Source: an uncultured Candidatus Binatia bacterium
GTDB taxonomy: Bacteria; Desulfobacterota; Binatia; UBA9968; JAJDTQ01
NCBI GenBank assembly: GCA_964291295.2
Contig: OZ219754.1
Span: forward strand, 768,001-832,000
Length of the DNA: 64,000 bases
Direction of reading: 5' to 3'
The notes beneath the pieces were generated by a model, which saw only the letters and a list, made by a program, of their open reading frames with translations, was not told where the DNA came from and did not search any database. Below, piece by piece: positions 10,043 through 20,061 of the stretch. Both the position numbers and the translations under genes were made by a program. How positions within the stretch are numbered: the stretch's first letter is position 1; every line of letters begins with the position of its first letter.

Positions 10043-11057
10043 CTCGGTCGTTGACGTCCGGGAGAGCGGGAGCGTCTGCCTTGGCGAAACAGTCGTGTGT
10101 GACGGGTTCGCAAACGGCTACCGGTTTCGTGTTCAGACTCATGTCCATGAAGACCACATGGGTGGATTCAACAAGAGCAAAGGCCTGCAGGAGTTCTTGC
10201 TGAGCCCGGAGACCTACGCGCTGCTCATCGCCGAATACAACGCGGATCTGGAGTACCGCGAGAATTTTCAACCCCTCGAACGCGGCGTAGCGCATGTATT
10301 GGAAGAAGGCTCCACGCTGCGTCTGGTTCCATCAAACCACATGCTCGGATCATGCCAGGTCGCCCTCGAATTGCCCGACGGCCTCCGGATCGGGTATTCC
10401 AGCGACTTCGGCTGGCCCCTTGATGAGGTCATCCAGGTCGATGAACTGGTCGTAGACAGCACCTATGGTAACCCTCACAGCGTCCGCGGTTACACGCAGG
10501 ACCAGGCGGAGGCATGCTTGTCTGAAATAGTGTGTACAAGACTGCGGCACGGTTCGGTCCATATACACGCCCACTCTGGAACCATCGAACGCACCGTACA
10601 GATACTTGGCGACAACGTGGGTGTTCCCCTTCTGGCCACCGAGCAGCTTATCCGGCGCGTCCAGGTATACCAGCAGCATGGTCTCGCACCCGGGGTACTT
10701 GTTCCACTCGATTCAGACGACGGTAGGCATGCCGTCCAACAGCGTTCATATGTGCGGCTCTACTCGAAGGGCGACGGTTTCAAAAACGAAAGGGTCGAGG
10801 GGACAATGGTCACCTGTAGCGCCTACATGGTTGACCGAGATCATCCACTGAAAGTCTTCTCGGATCGGGCCTGCCGAGTGGCACTGTCGAACCACGCTGA
10901 TTTCGAAGAGACCCTTGCCTATGTGGCGGCAACCGGAGCGCGAACGGTCGTCACCGACAACACGCGAAACTATGGCCGTGATCTGGCAATCGCGATCAAC
11001 AATCGCCTGCCCAACGTTCGCGCGCTGCCCTCGACGAACCAATCCGAAAGGGACTGA
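10035..11057 (+). CDS. Metallo-beta-lactamase fold, beta-CASP-type nuclease
   Basis: THVHEDH, NHMLGS, YSSDF, DSTYG, LSNHADF motifs; GTG start overlaps the upstream stop. Confidence 0.8.
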   Translation: MSDSVVDVRESGSVCLGETVVCDGFANGYRFRVQTHVHEDHMGGFNKSKGLQEFLLSPETYALLIAEYNADLEYRENFQPLERGVAHVLEEGSTLRLVPSNHMLGSCQVALELPDGLRIGYSSDFGWPLDEVIQVDELVVDSTYGNPHSVRGYTQDQAEACLSEIVCTRLRHGSVHIHAHSGTIERTVQILGDNVGVPLLATEQLIRRVQVYQQHGLAPGVLVPLDSDDGRHAVQQRSYVRLYSKGDGFKNERVEGTMVTCSAYMVDRDHPLKVFSDRACRVALSNHADFEETLAYVAATGARTVVTDNTRNYGRDLAIAINNRLPNVRALPSTNQSERD

Positions 11058-11083
11058 CGGCGGTCCCACGGCCCACGGCCTTT

Positions 11084-12064
11084 CTACACGTTCACCCGTT
11101 TCATGTCGCGTGTGCGGTTGCCGGCGGCGGCAGCGTAGGGGAAGATGGCGTCGAGCCGTTGCAGGTCTTCGGCGGTGAGTTCGACGTCGATGGCCTTGAC
11201 GTTCTCTTCCAGGTGCGCGCGGCTCTTGCTGCCGGGGATGGGGATGATGTCGGGACCTTGGGCCATGAGCCATGCCAGGGCGAGCTGGGTGGTGGCAATG
11301 CCCTTGTCCCTGGCGACGGCGTCCACTTGGGTCAAGAGATCCAGGTTCCGCTCGATGTTGCCGGGTTGGAGACGGGGCTGGTGGCGGCGGCCGTCGCGTT
11401 CGGAAAGCTGGTCCAGACTGCGCACGGCACCGGCGAAGAAGCCCCGGCCCAGGGGCGAGTAGGCCATGAGCCCCATGCCGAACTCACGGCAGGTCTCGAT
11501 GTTGCCCTGCTCGGGGTCCCGCGACCACAGCGAGTACTCGATCTGGAGCGACACGATGGGGTGGACTTTCCGGGCGCGCCGTATGGAATCGGCGCTGGCC
11601 TCGGACAGGCCGATGTAGCGGCTCTTCCCCTGCTCCACGAGCCGCGCCATGCCGCCCACCGACTCCTCCACCGGAACACCGGGGTCGATGCGGGACATGC
11701 AGTAAACGTCCAGGCAGTCGATGCCCAGCCGCCGGAGGCTCTCCTCGCAGGTCCGGATCAGATATTCGGGCGAGCCGCCGCCGTCGAGGCCGGTTCCGTC
11801 CTGGGCCCGCGGGCTGCCCGATTTGGAGTGGATCACCACCTGGTCGCGCCTGCCCTTGATGGCCTTGCCGATGAGCACGTGGTTGTGTCCGTCGCCGTAG
11901 CTCGCCGAGGTGTCGAGCAGGTTGAGGCCCAACTCGAAGGCCCGGTGCAGCGTGGCGATGGATTCGTCGTCGTCGCGCGCTCCGTACATGCCCGACATGC
12001 TGAGGCAGCCGAGCCCCAGGGGCGCCACCTTGTAGTCGGTGGTGCCGAATTGGCGGTATTCCAT
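11084..12064 (-). CDS. Aldo/keto reductase
   Basis: LGLGCLSMS, LDTSASYG, SLQIEYSLW, AYSPLGRG, IPIPG. Confidence 0.92.
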   Translation of the reverse strand: MEYRQFGTTDYKVAPLGLGCLSMSGMYGARDDDESIATLHRAFELGLNLLDTSASYGDGHNHVLIGKAIKGRRDQVVIHSKSGSPRAQDGTGLDGGGSPEYLIRTCEESLRRLGIDCLDVYCMSRIDPGVPVEESVGGMARLVEQGKSRYIGLSEASADSIRRARKVHPIVSLQIEYSLWSRDPEQGNIETCREFGMGLMAYSPLGRGFFAGAVRSLDQLSERDGRRHQPRLQPGNIERNLDLLTQVDAVARDKGIATTQLALAWLMAQGPDIIPIPGSKSRAHLEENVKAIDVELTAEDLQRLDAIFPYAAAAGNRTRDMKRVNV

Positions 12065-12175
12065 CAGTGATCTCCCCTGTCGCGGCTCAAGCCGGCCGGC
12101 TCCCGGCACTGTCGTGGAGGCCGGGCGTGTGCGCGCCCGTTCCGGCCAAGGTTGTTCTTGCATCCAGGACCATCG

Positions 12176-13771
12176 TTACATGCCTGGCGGCGTTTTCGTA
12201 AGCTCGCCAAGTTGTTCCGGATCTTCCACGACCAGGAACTGTCCCATCATCCCGTTATCTTCATGTTCCACGATGTGGCAGTGGTACATGTAGGGAACCT
12301 GCGGGTCCGCATATCGCTCGAAGGGCATGATGATCCGGACGAGATCATCGGGAAGCACCAGAACCGTGTCTTTCCAGCCAAGTTCGGCACCGGTGGGCGG
12401 CTGGCCGTTGCGATCAAGGATCTGAAACTGCACCAGGTGGACATGGAAGGGGTGCGGCTGACCGCCGCGATTGCTTACTTCCCAGATCTCGATGTCTCCC
12501 CGTCGCACGACCTCGTCAATGCGCGCCATGTCCATCAGCTTGCCGTTGATCGGTGGTCCCGACGGGCCACCCGGTCCCGCCCGTCCTCCCTGCACAGGCC
12601 CTCCCAACACCATCGGACGGCTCCTGGCGGCTTGTGCGGCATGGATGCGGGAGATGGTGTTGAGACGCTCCGGCAGCGGGTGGGACGGGCGGCTCGCCGG
12701 CCGGGGAACGATCTTCAACAACTCAAGGTTCCCCGTGCCGATGCCGCCGAAAAACGACTCGATCGTCTCCGGCAGTCCCGCTTCCGGGTGGCTTTTCATC
12801 ACCACCTCGGCACCATCGCTGAAGTCCACAAGGATCTCGGCCCGCTCGCCGGGAGCGAGGCGCACGCGGTGGGTCGGGAGGGGCGTCTCAAGGAATCCGC
12901 CATCCGTGGCGATCTGATGGAACATGCGGTTGTCGTCGAATCCGATGTGGTAAATTCGCGCATTCGAGCCGTTCAACAGCCTGAACCGAATGCGCCGTGA
13001 CTCGACCTGGAGAAATGGATTCCAGGTGCCGTTGATCAGCATGGTGTCTCCATAAACGGCGCCCTGGCTGACAGCAAAACGAAACGCACCATCGTGCTCG
13101 AACAACCGGTCCTGGATCACGAGTGGAATGTCGTCAACCCCGTAGGTCCCCGGCAGATCCAGCGCATCGCCGTGATCGTCATCGATCCACATGAAGCCGG
13201 CGACGCCACGATACACGTGTCGCCCGGTCTTGCCATGCGGATGAGGGTGATACCACAGCGCAGCCGCCTGTTGATCGACCTGGAAGCTGGCCGTCCACGA
13301 TTCTCCGGGTTCGATCCCTTGATGCGGCGTGCCGTCCATGCGAGCGGGAACGTGCATTCCGTGCCAGTGCATCGTCGTCATTTCATCCAGGTTGTTCCGG
13401 ACGGTCAGATCGACCTGCTCGCCTCGACGCAGTCGCAGCGTCGGTCCCAGAAACGGGCCGTTGACGCCCGCGGTCGGCGTCCGTTTGCCTGGCAGGAACT
13501 CCCGGCTCCCTTCGGCAACATTCAGCTGCCACTGCCGGCGTCCCTCCACGACCGTTCCGAATGACTGATCGGGAATCCGCAGTCTGTTCTCGAAGGTCAA
13601 CCCGCCGTTGGTGACCCGGACGAACAGCAGCCAGTAGCCGGTCACGCCCGACAACAGGACGACCATCAACAATCCCATGGCGACCTGCTTCAACCGCCGG
13701 GGACTGAGCCCCCGGCACCACCGGAGGGCCTTCAGTCGAGCGGGACTCCCCGGCGTTGTCGCTGCGGGCAT
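12176..13771 (-). CDS. Multicopper oxidase (CueO/SufI family)
   Basis: HWHG, WYHPH, HPFHVH, HCHIVEHEDNGMM copper motifs; N-terminal TM anchor. Confidence 0.92.
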   Translation of the reverse strand: MPAATTPGSPARLKALRWCRGLSPRRLKQVAMGLLMVVLLSGVTGYWLLFVRVTNGGLTFENRLRIPDQSFGTVVEGRRQWQLNVAEGSREFLPGKRTPTAGVNGPFLGPTLRLRRGEQVDLTVRNNLDEMTTMHWHGMHVPARMDGTPHQGIEPGESWTASFQVDQQAAALWYHPHPHGKTGRHVYRGVAGFMWIDDDHGDALDLPGTYGVDDIPLVIQDRLFEHDGAFRFAVSQGAVYGDTMLINGTWNPFLQVESRRIRFRLLNGSNARIYHIGFDDNRMFHQIATDGGFLETPLPTHRVRLAPGERAEILVDFSDGAEVVMKSHPEAGLPETIESFFGGIGTGNLELLKIVPRPASRPSHPLPERLNTISRIHAAQAARSRPMVLGGPVQGGRAGPGGPSGPPINGKLMDMARIDEVVRRGDIEIWEVSNRGGQPHPFHVHLVQFQILDRNGQPPTGAELGWKDTVLVLPDDLVRIIMPFERYADPQVPYMYHCHIVEHEDNGMMGQFLVVEDPEQLGELTKTPPGM

Positions 13772-13982
13772 GCTTTATCCTTCCACGGGTGATGGGGCAT
13801 TGAGCGCCCGTGCGGTCAGGCGGGATACCTCCGCCAGCCGCATGCAGGCTCCGTGTTCCTGTTTGACGGCAGGCGGTTCCCGGATGGAACCGGGTCGTGC
13901 GGCTCCCGGGGCGAATCCATGACGCCTTCAGGTGGGCGGTGCCGCCGGGAGGCGGAGCGTGATGACGGGTGTGGTCGTCCCG

Positions 13983-14984
13983 TCACGCCCGACACGCGGC
14001 CAGTTCGGCGTAGTTGTGGAGGCCGAGCGTGCGCTTGCCCGACTCCAGTTCGAGCATCATGGCCAGCAGCTTGTCGCACAGCGGCGTGGACAGTCCGAGC
14101 CGGGCGCTTTCCCGCACGACATGTCCCAGCGTGAACGCCACTTCGAGGCCGGTCCCGTTCAGCAATTGCCGGAGGGGTCCCTTGAGGTCGTCCGACCTCC
14201 AGGACGCCGCGTAGCGGTCGATCACGGCCAGGCGCGCTTCCAGCGGCTTGTCGGGATGCAGTTCCGGCGGATCGTACTCGGCCAGAGGGACGAACCGGGC
14301 GCCGGCGGCCTTGCCCACGGCCACCACCTCGCCGAAGAAATCCACCAGCAGCCGCCGGTCATCGACGCCCGCGCAACTCACCAACATCGATGTGCTCGCC
14401 AGCGAGCCATAGTAGCCGAAACAGGTGTAGGTGAGCTTGCTCCACAGCACCCCGAGGATGTTGTCGGTGACCTCGCTGGGAATGACGGCGTCCAGCGCGG
14501 CATGGAGCTGCGTCAACGCCCCGGTCGTGCGGCCATGGGAATGACCGATGTAGAGATGGCCCCGGGTGGCGGTGTGCACCTGTCCGGGGGCCGTGCGCCG
14601 GCTGCCCATGCGAATGGCCATGCCTACGGATCGGTCCGCGCCCACCGCCTCTTCCAGGAGCGGGACATTGATGCCGTTCTGCATCGACACCACCCGCGCC
14701 TCCGGGCTCAGATGCGGCAGCACCGTCGCCAGCGTGTCCCGGGTGTGGTTGCAGCGAACCGCGATGAAGGCCGTGTCGAACACCCCTTCGATCTCGTCCG
14801 GGAAAACCACGGTTGCCTTCACGCGGAACGGTCCATCGGGCACGTCCACCTGAAGGCCGTGCGCGCGGATGGCGGCAACATGCTCCCGGTCCACGTCCAC
14901 GAAGGTCACGTCCCGCCCGTCCCGGGCCAGACGCCCGCCGATGATGCCGCCGATGGGACCGGCGCCCATGACGATGGCGCGCAT
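13983..14984 (-). CDS. Ketopantoate reductase (PanE/ApbA) family protein
   Basis: MGAGPIGG, SMQNG, LWSKL motifs. Confidence 0.85.
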   Translation of the reverse strand: MRAIVMGAGPIGGIIGGRLARDGRDVTFVDVDREHVAAIRAHGLQVDVPDGPFRVKATVVFPDEIEGVFDTAFIAVRCNHTRDTLATVLPHLSPEARVVSMQNGINVPLLEEAVGADRSVGMAIRMGSRRTAPGQVHTATRGHLYIGHSHGRTTGALTQLHAALDAVIPSEVTDNILGVLWSKLTYTCFGYYGSLASTSMLVSCAGVDDRRLLVDFFGEVVAVGKAAGARFVPLAEYDPPELHPDKPLEARLAVIDRYAASWRSDDLKGPLRQLLNGTGLEVAFTLGHVVRESARLGLSTPLCDKLLAMMLELESGKRTLGLHNYAELAACRA

Positions 14985-15122
14985 GGAAGCTCTCCGTCAG
15001 CTACGAACCCGCAACTCCCCGGGGCGGCCGCGGGATACCGGACCGGCCGCCGGCCAATCCCGCACGATCAACCACCGGGTGCGTCGCTCCCCCTGACCAG
15101 GATCCGACTGCGCCGGTTCCGG

Positions 15123-15313
15123 GGAAGGTCTGAACAAGGCGATGGCGCGACATTGATCTGCTCGCAAACCGTTGATTCAGCCCCAGTGAACCCGGGTCGT
15201 GCGGCCGTTCTCCAGGGAAAGCCTGATCAGGGCGCTGGCGCGATATCAACTGCTCGCGACCTGTTGATTTCATTGATTCAGTCTCAGCAAACTCAGGATT
15301 TTTCGGACCTTCT
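15123..15313 (+). mobile_element. Two tandem copies of a ~100-bp IS5-type MITE
   Basis: Starts GGAAGGTCTGAACAA and ends TTTTCGGACCTTCT; second unit starts ~15216; interior similar to 23354-23457. Confidence 0.65.
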
Positions 15314-15496
15314 CTAAGAGCCTGCGCCACAGAAAGTTTTCGTGGGACAGAGATCCACCAGAGGCCCACTTGGCACCCAATTCATATCCAATAATGGGAC
15401 AAGGCTACACGGTTCTGGCATTTTGGACGAAAGTCTGGTCATGCTCTCCCACCAGTCACCTACCGAAGCGCCCTGCGGCGCAGACTCCTGGTTGAT

Positions 15497-16582
15497 CTAG
15501 TTGAAATGGATCACCCCCTTGACGATCTCGTACCGGGCCATGGCCTGGAGCGCCTCGTTGACCTGCTCCAGGGTGTATTCGGCGCTGATCATCTCCTCGA
15601 ACGGGAAGGTGTCCTTGCGCGAGGAGAGGAACTCGATGGCCTGGAGCCAGTGGCGCGGCTCGCCGGACCGGATGGTGTGCAGGATCATCTCCTGGGGCAG
15701 GTCCTGGACGCCGATGTCGGCCTTGCCGCCGGCGCCGATGTTGACGTAGGTGCCGCCGCCGCGCAGCAGGGTGAGACCCTCGGGCACCGCCATGTTGTTG
15801 GCCACCTGGATCACCACGTCACCGCCGCGCCCGCCGGTGAGGTCCTGCACCCACTGGCGGCGGTCCCGGGGATCGGTGACCTCTTCGAGGTTCAGCACGG
15901 CGTCCGCGCCCATGCGCCGGCTCACTTCCAGACGCGCCGCCGGCGCGCCGATGACCAGCACCTGCCTGGCTCCGTGCTCCCTGGCCACCGCGGTGGCGAA
16001 GTTGCCCAGCGGTCCGCTGCCCTGGATCACCACGGTCTCGTGGCTCTTGATGGCACCGAGGCGGTCAAAGCCGTGCATCACCGTGCGGTAGGCGCAGGCG
16101 GAAGCGGCCGCCGACGCCGAGGTCACGTCTTCCGGCACCTTGATGATCTCGCAGGGCGGAGGAACGTACATGTACTCGGAGACGCTGCCCAGGAGATAGG
16201 GATACCGGTCGCTGCGGTTGTGCCCCCAGGAAGCCCGGCCCGGGCAGATGCACGGTTGCAGCGCCACGGTGCAGTAGTAGCAGTGGCCGCAGGCCACGTA
16301 GCTCCACACGATGCGGTCGCCGCGCTTCACCGGCTTGCCCAGGATGTCCGTGCGCTCGCCGTTGATCTCCTCGATGTAGCCGCAGGGCTCGTGCCCGGTG
16401 ATGATGGGCAGCGAGTCGCCACCGCCCAGGGGACCGTGCCAGCGGTGCACGTCGGTGCCGCAGATGGTGGACGCCCGGATGCGCACCAGGAGCGCGCCCG
16501 GCTCCAGCTCGGGGATCGGCACCTTTTGTATTTCCAGCGGTTCGTTGTGGGAGACCACCACGGCGGCGCGGCATTCGTCCAT
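15497..16582 (-). CDS. Zinc-binding alcohol dehydrogenase (MDR family)
   Basis: ICGTDVH, GHE, CGHCYYC...C structural Zn site, GSGPLG. Confidence 0.92.
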   Translation of the reverse strand: MDECRAAVVVSHNEPLEIQKVPIPELEPGALLVRIRASTICGTDVHRWHGPLGGGDSLPIITGHEPCGYIEEINGERTDILGKPVKRGDRIVWSYVACGHCYYCTVALQPCICPGRASWGHNRSDRYPYLLGSVSEYMYVPPPCEIIKVPEDVTSASAAASACAYRTVMHGFDRLGAIKSHETVVIQGSGPLGNFATAVAREHGARQVLVIGAPAARLEVSRRMGADAVLNLEEVTDPRDRRQWVQDLTGGRGGDVVIQVANNMAVPEGLTLLRGGGTYVNIGAGGKADIGVQDLPQEMILHTIRSGEPRHWLQAIEFLSSRKDTFPFEEMISAEYTLEQVNEALQAMARYEIVKGVIHFN

Positions 16583-16704
16583 GACATTGCTCCTTCCCGG
16601 TACGTCCGGCGTGTCCCTTGTCGAAGGGGCGGGTCGTCAAAACGGCGGAACGCCGCCCACGCGCGTCCCGTCCATCCAGCTTCAGGAAAGCCCCGTGAAC
16701 CCGG

Positions 16705-17817
16705 CTATGCCTTGGCCGCGGCCCGCGTACCCGCGCCTTCCGGCCTGTAGAACCGCTCGGCATTGCGATAGAGCATCGCCGCCTTGTCGTCCCCGGTGAT
16801 CTCGTCGCTCTCCATCAACTCGCCGATGTCGTGCCGGCAGCTCTCGGTGGTGACCTCGTGGGGGAAGTCCGAGGAGTACAGGAACGGCCGGTGCCCCACC
16901 GTCCGGATGGCGAAGGGCAGCGTCAACTCCTCGGTCTCGATACCCAGATAGAAGCGATCTTCCCCGATGAGCCGCTTGATGATCTCGGCGGGGTCCTGGT
17001 CCTCGCCGATGCCGGCCTCGCCGTCGGGGAGGTACTGGAAATGCGTCTCGTGGGACGCATGCAGCCGCTCCAGCAGCATCAGCAGCCAGGCCACGCCGCC
17101 TTCGAGGAAGGCGATGCGCACGTGGGGAAAACGCTCGAAGATGCCGTTGTAGAGGATGTTGGCGCAGTTGAGGGCGATGCCCCAGGGGTGGCCCAGGGCG
17201 TGCACGGGCACGTACATGTTCATCTGGTCGAGTCCGAAGCGGTCGTGGCAACCACCGTGCACCGCCAGACAGCAGCCCAGGCGGTCGGCCTCTTCATAGA
17301 TGGGCCAGTAGACCTTGGCGCCCAGCGGCAACGGCAACCCGTTGGAAGGCATCATGGCGCCCATCATGCCAAGCTCCGTGACCACGCGGCGCAGTTCCTT
17401 GCGCGCCTCTTCGGGATCCTGCATGGGGATCAGGGCCATGGCGTTGAAGCGAGGGTCGCGCTGCAGATAGGTATGGTACGCCCAGTCGTTGTAGGCCTTG
17501 CAGGCGGCGACGGCGTAGTCGAGGCTCACGATCTTCCCGTAGCCCAGCCCCTGGGTCGGATACATCACCGTCCAGTCGATGCCCACGTCCTCCAGGAACT
17601 CAAGCCAACCGTCCGGCCCCACCTTCTCGCGTCCGTCCCGGAGCGGCGGCGTTTCCACCGCGCGGCCATCGTGCAGATGGTCGATGGGCGGGAAGATGAT
17701 GCCCTTCTTGGCGGCAATGTCCCGGTAGGGTCCGTCCATGTGCTCCAGAATTCCCGGGTTGTCTTCCAGGATGTGGCCGTCGCCATCAATGATGCGCGTA
17801 TTGAGTGGACTGGACAT
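16705..17817 (-). CDS. Amidohydrolase_2 family protein
   Basis: IIDGDGH, AYNDW, AVHGG, FLEGGVAW, YSSDFPH, NAERFY. Confidence 0.9.
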   Translation of the reverse strand: MSSPLNTRIIDGDGHILEDNPGILEHMDGPYRDIAAKKGIIFPPIDHLHDGRAVETPPLRDGREKVGPDGWLEFLEDVGIDWTVMYPTQGLGYGKIVSLDYAVAACKAYNDWAYHTYLQRDPRFNAMALIPMQDPEEARKELRRVVTELGMMGAMMPSNGLPLPLGAKVYWPIYEEADRLGCCLAVHGGCHDRFGLDQMNMYVPVHALGHPWGIALNCANILYNGIFERFPHVRIAFLEGGVAWLLMLLERLHASHETHFQYLPDGEAGIGEDQDPAEIIKRLIGEDRFYLGIETEELTLPFAIRTVGHRPFLYSSDFPHEVTTESCRHDIGELMESDEITGDDKAAMLYRNAERFYRPEGAGTRAAAKA

Positions 17818-17898
17818 GATCGTGCTCCTCCTTCGGAAAGACCTCGTATTTCTTTTCCCTGTTCCGCTTTCCCTTATACCGTTCCCGGCCGCCATGCA

Positions 17899-18552
17899 TC
17901 AAGAAGATTCAAGGACCTCCCTGCAGCACCTGCCAGGTCCATATCTGGTGGTGGACATCGGGCTCCCCCGGGGCATGGGCCGGTACGCCTCACCCTCTTC
18001 CACCAGCCGCCATTTTCCCTCGGCCTCCAGCAATGACTGCCGCTCCCTGAAACCGTCCTGCTCACAGGTGTCCGGCCGCAGCGAGAAGACGATGTGGCCT
18101 CCGGGACGGGTTATGCGAACCAGCTCGTCCAACGAACGCGCCGGAGCGTGGCCCACCGTGAACACGCCCACGCTGATGACAGCGTCGAAGAAGCGCGGCG
18201 GGAAGTCCAACGGGAGACCCATCTCCATCCGGTGATACTCCCTGTAGACGCTCTTGCGGGCAGCCTCGTCCAACATCCCCCGGGACAGGTCCATGGCCAC
18301 CAGGTATCTGAAGCCCGCCTCGTGCAGCAACGCCCCCACGATGCCCGTGCCGGCACCGGCGTCCAGGATGCAGCCGTGCCTGGGCACCCGTCTGGCGAAG
18401 GCGTCCACCGCCTTGCGCGGGCTCGACCAGCCGAAGCCGGTGTTCAGGTCCCGATCATGGGAGGCGGCCCACTGGTCGTACCTGGCCTCCAGTTCGGCGT
18501 TGTCTTTCGAGGAATAGATCCACTGGATCAGATTTTCCGGTTCGCCTCTCAT
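17899..18552 (-). CDS. Class I SAM-dependent methyltransferase (possible frameshift near the 3' end)
   Basis: YDQWA, ILDAGAGTG, DLSRGML, FDAVISVGVF, RPGG. Confidence 0.85.
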   Translation of the reverse strand: MRGEPENLIQWIYSSKDNAELEARYDQWAASHDRDLNTGFGWSSPRKAVDAFARRVPRHGCILDAGAGTGIVGALLHEAGFRYLVAMDLSRGMLDEAARKSVYREYHRMEMGLPLDFPPRFFDAVISVGVFTVGHAPARSLDELVRITRPGGHIVFSLRPDTCEQDGFRERQSLLEAEGKWRLVEEGEAYRPMPRGSPMSTTRYGPGRCCREVLESS

Positions 18553-18567
18553 GCGCGGCTCCCTTCC

Positions 18568-20061
18568 CTATGGCGTACTCTCCGGCGGCCGGCGGTGGTG
18601 CGTCGCCTGCTCGTAGGCGTAGGCGAGCCGGATCATGCCACCGTCGTCATAGGGCCGTCCAAGAAAGCTGATGCCGGCCGGCAGGCCACCGGCGGTGAAT
18701 CCCGCGGGCACTGTCACGGTGGGCACGTATACCAGGAACGTGTTCAGGTGCGGCGCGCCCTTGTGGTTCACCCAGGGCGGTTTCACGCCGTCGCTGATGA
18801 GCGTGGGCTGGTGCTCCACGGCCTTGTGGACGATGGCGTCCAGGCGGTGCTCGGCCATGGTCTTGAGCAGATGGATCATGAGGTGGTCCCGGGCCAGCAG
18901 ATACCGGTAGTGGTCCGCGGGTTCGGCAGTGACCTTGAGACGCGCCTTCACCGGATCCGAGAGCCTGGCAAACTCCGGCGAACGCATGGCATCCGCGCGG
19001 GTCCGGTACGGCGGGTTTGCGCTCCGGGCCATGTAGACCCCGAAGGCCGTCTCTCCGGCGGTGGGGCTGGCGCAACGCCTGGCAAGAAGCTCGTTCAGCC
19101 GCACCAGCTCCACCGGGTCCACGATCTCGGCGCCGGCGGCGCGCAATTCCTCGACCGCGCTGTCCAGTATCGCCGTGATGCTTCTGAAATCGTCCGCCTC
19201 GGGGTCGGTGTTGTAGCCCATGGGCTCGCGCATAATGCCGATGCGGGCTCCGCGCAGGCCGCCGGCGTCCAGAAAGTCCGTGTAGCTGGGCGGAACGTGT
19301 CCCACCCCTCTGGAGGTGAGCGGGTCCTCTCCGTCATAGCCCACCATGACGTCCAGCAACACGGCCATGTCGCGCACCGTGCGGGCCATGGGACCCAGCG
19401 ACCCGGCCTCCTGCGGCCAGCCGGAGTAGACGCCGGCACGGCTCACCAGACCGGCCGTCGGGCGCATGCCCGCGATGCAGTTCCAGGTGGCGGGCCGGCG
19501 GATGGACGCCAACCCCTCTTGCCCGATGCCGACGGTGCCGAAGTTGGCGGAAACCGCCGCGCCGGAGCCGCCCGACGAACCGCCCACGGTGCGCTTCAGG
19601 TCGTAGGGGTTTCGGGTGGACCCGAACAGCGAGCCGTGGGTGTCGCCCGCCCCCAGCTCCCCAAGGGTGGTCTTGGCCAGCACGATGGCGCCGGCCTCCT
19701 TGAGCTTTTCCACCACACGACAGTCCCGGTCCGGATAGTAGTTCCTGAACAGCACCGAGCCCAAGGTGGTGGGAGTCCCCTTGAGGTCCGCCTGATCCTT
19801 GATGACCACGGGGATACCGTGGAGCGGCCCGGTCTTCCCGAACCTCCCGAAAGCCTCGTCCAGGCGGTCCGCCTCGTCCAGTGCCGCCGGGTTCACCGTG
19901 ATGATGGAGTTGATCCGGGGGCCGCGCCGGTCATGGGCCTCGATGCGATCGATATACATCTGCGCCAGCCGGCGGGCGGTGAGGCTGCCCCCGGCATAGG
20001 CGGCGTGGACCTCCTCGATGGTGGCCTCCGGCAGCGTGAACGAACCTTCGTCCGGGCTCAT
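18568..20061 (-). CDS. Amidase signature family protein
   Basis: GPLHGIPVVIKD, GGSSGGSG, SIRRPA; GGAGG RBS. Confidence 0.92.
   Translation of the reverse strand: MSPDEGSFTLPEATIEEVHAAYAGGSLTARRLAQMYIDRIEAHDRRGPRINSIITVNPAALDEADRLDEAFGRFGKTGPLHGIPVVIKDQADLKGTPTTLGSVLFRNYYPDRDCRVVEKLKEAGAIVLAKTTLGELGAGDTHGSLFGSTRNPYDLKRTVGGSSGGSGAAVSANFGTVGIGQEGLASIRRPATWNCIAGMRPTAGLVSRAGVYSGWPQEAGSLGPMARTVRDMAVLLDVMVGYDGEDPLTSRGVGHVPPSYTDFLDAGGLRGARIGIMREPMGYNTDPEADDFRSITAILDSAVEELRAAGAEIVDPVELVRLNELLARRCASPTAGETAFGVYMARSANPPYRTRADAMRSPEFARLSDPVKARLKVTAEPADHYRYLLARDHLMIHLLKTMAEHRLDAIVHKAVEHQPTLISDGVKPPWVNHKGAPHLNTFLVYVPTVTVPAGFTAGGLPAGISFLGRPYDDGGMIRLAYAYEQATHHRRPPESTP

Noticed and set aside
2612-11083. att sites or an integrase for the PT-like island
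   Set aside because: Only a 6-bp match (tgacgg) at the two edges; no tRNA or recombinase seen.
15318-15406. Second small inverted-repeat element (agcctgcgcca ... tgggacaaggct)
   Set aside because: The ends are too degenerate and there is only one copy in the window.
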